From a virus (Duplodnaviria > Heunggongvirae > Uroviricota > Caudoviricetes), in the IMG/VR virus record IMGVR_UViG_2925450510_000002: a DNA stretch of 64,000 bases; one strand, 5' to 3'. The stretch's first letter is position 1. Every line of letters begins with the position of its first letter. Shown here one piece after another: positions 61,544 to 64,000 of this stretch. The position numbers and the translations under genes are program-made. A model generated the notes under the pieces. It searched no databases. It saw only the letters and a program-made list of their open reading frames with translations, and had not been told where the DNA came from.

Positions 61544-62166
61544 TCCACCAGCCCGGCGACAAGCCGGGCACATATGAGAGGTTCGCAATGCTTCAGAACA
61601 TGCTTAACCCGGAACCAACCTCAACAGGGATCCGGTCTGGAAACCGGGTGATTGGCTACTCCGCTGCTATTCGCCTGCTGGATAACGGTCGCTATGACAA
61701 ACACCTTGCCGATGGAATGGAAATTCTGGCCTGCATCATGGAAGCGGTAGAAAGCAACTGGATCACGCTCAATATCGAAAAAGAGTTGATCCTCTGGCGC
61801 TGGTTACTGGCTGCCGTGTTCATCACTGAGGAGCTGGAGAAAAACGGAACTGTCGACGTTCCGAATGATACTGGCGGTGTTGATACTGCTGTTATCTATT
61901 CCAGCAAGCATGGCGCCATTAGCGTCTATCCGGGACCTGAACGCTTTGCACTCGCCAACCATATTGAGCTGGGGGCAATCGAGAAATATGGGCCAGAGGT
62001 TGGCCAGCAGCTGGCGCTGCGGATGTATCAGGACATGGTTATTGCTGACGAAGAATTTGGGTTCAGGTTATCAGCACTTGGCCGGGAGGGGCTTAACCTC
62101 CTCCATGACAGCTTTATCGAACACATCCAGATCGAAGGTGTGCCCGAAGCACCGATTATGCATTGA
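61540..62166 (+). CDS. hypothetical protein
   Basis: 208 aa. Coupled to the SPFH gene. Confidence 0.5.
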   Translation: MIHQPGDKPGTYERFAMLQNMLNPEPTSTGIRSGNRVIGYSAAIRLLDNGRYDKHLADGMEILACIMEAVESNWITLNIEKELILWRWLLAAVFITEELEKNGTVDVPNDTGGVDTAVIYSSKHGAISVYPGPERFALANHIELGAIEKYGPEVGQQLALRMYQDMVIADEEFGFRLSALGREGLNLLHDSFIEHIQIEGVPEAPIMH

Positions 62167-62882
62167 GGGGAATGATGATGAATAACTTGATCACTAACAA
62201 ACCATCCATGACCAGCCTTGAGATCGCCGAGCTGGTAGAAAAACGCCACGACAACGTGAAACGCACGATTGAGACCCTGATTATGCGTGGCGTTATTACT
62301 TCTCCTCAAATTGAGGAAAAGCCTACTGCCGGGCGCCCCACAACAATTTACGTTTTTGAAAGTGAAGAAGGGAAGCGTGACAGCATCATTGTGGTCGCGC
62401 AACTCAGCCCCGAGTTTACCGCCAGACTGGTAGATCGCTGGAAAGAGCTGGAAGAAGAACGCTCCCGGCCAAAATCGCAGGCAGAGCTGATCGCTGAAAT
62501 GGCCCTGCTGAATGTTGAGCAGGAACGACGCCTCTACCAGGTTGAAGAACAGGTGGAAACCGTAGTCGAAGCTGTCGAAAACATTAAGCGTGGAAATATG
62601 CGGGCCGGGTATGTCGGTTATCGCCAGGTGGTCGCAAAAAGCGGCATGACCGATGCCAAGTGTCGAAACCTTGTTAACGCATACCGTATCCCAACCGATA
62701 CACACGAATTCATGACGCCTGATGGTTTACTGTCTCGCCGGGCGATCGTGGAGTTTGAACCTTTTATGAAAGCATTCCGCCAAATGATGGCAGAAGCCGA
62801 ACCACGTGGGACCCGTTGGTATCACCCGAAAATGGGACTCTTTCAGGCTATCGGATGGGAGGAAAAACATTGTGAAAATTGA
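62163..62882 (+). CDS. Rha-family phage regulatory protein
   Basis: TSLEIAELVEKRHDNVKRTIETL Rha N-domain. Confidence 0.65.
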   Translation: MRGMMMNNLITNKPSMTSLEIAELVEKRHDNVKRTIETLIMRGVITSPQIEEKPTAGRPTTIYVFESEEGKRDSIIVVAQLSPEFTARLVDRWKELEEERSRPKSQAELIAEMALLNVEQERRLYQVEEQVETVVEAVENIKRGNMRAGYVGYRQVVAKSGMTDAKCRNLVNAYRIPTDTHEFMTPDGLLSRRAIVEFEPFMKAFRQMMAEAEPRGTRWYHPKMGLFQAIGWEEKHCEN

Positions 62883-63096
62883 GTTTAATGATCAAGGGTC
62901 GGTTTCAGTTATCACGGTCACCAGCACCGTGTTTGAGTTCCGCCGGCACAACCGGGCGATTGATGTCGCGTTGTTCCTCACGCCTGAAATTACCAGCCAG
63001 AGCAGCGGTTTTTTCATTATGAAAACGATCTTAAGCGGGAAGACACATCACGCGCTGCGGGCCTATAAACATCTGATCCGGGAGGCTAAGCAATGA
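62872..63096 (+). CDS. small hypothetical protein (GTG start)
   Basis: GGGAGGA SD. Confidence 0.35.
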   Translation: MKIEFNDQGSVSVITVTSTVFEFRRHNRAIDVALFLTPEITSQSSGFFIMKTILSGKTHHALRAYKHLIREAKQ

Positions 63097-63305
63097 GAAA
63101 CGGCCAGCATTATGCATACCCAAATCCAAGCAACGCAACGCCTGGTGGTATGACTTATCGTCAGTATCTTATCGCAAAAATTGCACCAGTTATGATCACG
63201 AACTTCTTCAGCAACGATGCTTGGACGGATTACGACGACCTCGCCAGAACTCTGATGATGGCTGTGGATGCCATCATCGAAGCTGAACAGGAGACAGCTG
63301 AATGA
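63093..63305 (+). CDS. hypothetical protein
   Basis: 70 aa, coupled. Confidence 0.4.
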   Translation: MRNGQHYAYPNPSNATPGGMTYRQYLIAKIAPVMITNFFSNDAWTDYDDLARTLMMAVDAIIEAEQETAE

Positions 63306-63781
63306 CAATCTGCGAAAAACGGCTTAAAAGAATCGCCGGCGGTGAACCTTTCTTCCCGGGCGAGGTGGTTGCGATGGCTCTTGAGCTTCTGGCGAATTCT
63401 AAAGAAACATTGCGGCCGGAATACCCTGAAACACTCCCCTGCCCGGTCATTCTTGAACCCGGCTTCCGGTTTGGCAAAGGCGTTGGCACTCACCTGGTTC
63501 TGCGAGCACTTAACAACAGGGCTAAACGTTACGCTGAATTGGATGCCATGGGTCCAGAGGCCCGCGCAGAGCATGATGCCGCTATCGTTGAACTTCGGGA
63601 AAAACTGGGTTTTGGTACCCAAGCAAAAACAGCTGTGCAGGTGAAGCTTCCGGGACTGCCGCAGCTCGGATCTAACGCCGAATGGTATCAGGGATTTGCT
63701 GCTGGTGCAGGAAGCATGCGCGAAGCATGTGCGGCCGCTCTGATTTCTGCGGGTATTGAAATTATTGGGGAGACAATGTAA
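63302..63781 (+). CDS. hypothetical protein
   Basis: 159 aa. Confidence 0.45.
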   Translation: MTICEKRLKRIAGGEPFFPGEVVAMALELLANSKETLRPEYPETLPCPVILEPGFRFGKGVGTHLVLRALNNRAKRYAELDAMGPEARAEHDAAIVELREKLGFGTQAKTAVQVKLPGLPQLGSNAEWYQGFAAGAGSMREACAAALISAGIEIIGETM

Positions 63782-63852
63782 TGGACTGGCCAACAGCATT
63801 TTGCATCGTCGGTTGTGCGTTTGCCATAGCCTGGCTGTTTCGGAGTTAGTGT

Positions 63853-64000
63853 CATGAATAGAGAATTTGAGATATGGATCAGACTGCGCTACGGCGGCCG
63901 CTATGACCTAACGCGAGACGGTCACGGCTACTACAGCCGGGAAGTAGTTAAGCGGATGTATGAAGTGTGGTGCCACTGCCGTGGCCTGGAAGTGGTGTGA
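63853..64000 (+). CDS. small hypothetical protein, about 48 aa
   Basis: ORF ending exactly at the window end, preceded by a 22-codon hydrophobic mini-ORF (63781..63849). Confidence 0.3.

Overview
The window is a temperate-phage mosaic from an enterobacterium, probably Klebsiella-like; both IS copies are IS5-family and ISKpn26-like. Two phages are nested.

Phage A (about 1..17133 and 58852..64000) is a lambdoid prophage. Its minus strand carries a late/early operon in lambda order: cro, helicase, primase, Q, pR'-tR', holin, SAR lysozyme, Rz/Rz1, terS, terL, portal, and HK97-like head genes running off the left edge. A plus-strand cI (LexA-like S24 repressor) is followed by a small ORF, then the left-arm genes resume after 58852 (SPFH lipoprotein operon, Rha).

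The small ORF after cI is split by an IS5-family element. A second, direct-orientation copy of the same IS lies 40.5 kb away. The 39.3 kb between the copies (18329..57655) is a complete second temperate phage, Phage B. It combines a T7-like virion module, a lambda O/P-like replication module, a P22 immI-like mnt/arc/ant cassette, RecT plus exonuclease, an orphan MT-A70 methylase, a P4-like integrase with an apparently intact attP-like repeat cluster, a tRNA-Arg(UCU), a GH19 endolysin with embedded spanins, and a DUF2829 (Tad2-like) candidate anti-defence gene.

Phage B is present in its circular, non-integrated permutation. Its tail-fibre gene is split across the two IS copies. The outer IS flanks (CTAG/CTAG) rejoin the phage-A ORF in frame. 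This reads as IS-homology-mediated capture (cointegration) of a whole phage genome inside another prophage.

Other signals are a 15-bp TTACC-N5-GGTAA palindrome at 10 or more intergenic sites in Phage B, a near-consensus LexA box in front of a small gene at the head of the Phage B late region, an 83-bp tandem duplication that creates a truncated arc-like gene, and a GrlR-like moron in the Phage A late operon.

No CRISPR array or rRNA is present. All coordinates were read by eye and may be off by 1-2 nt.
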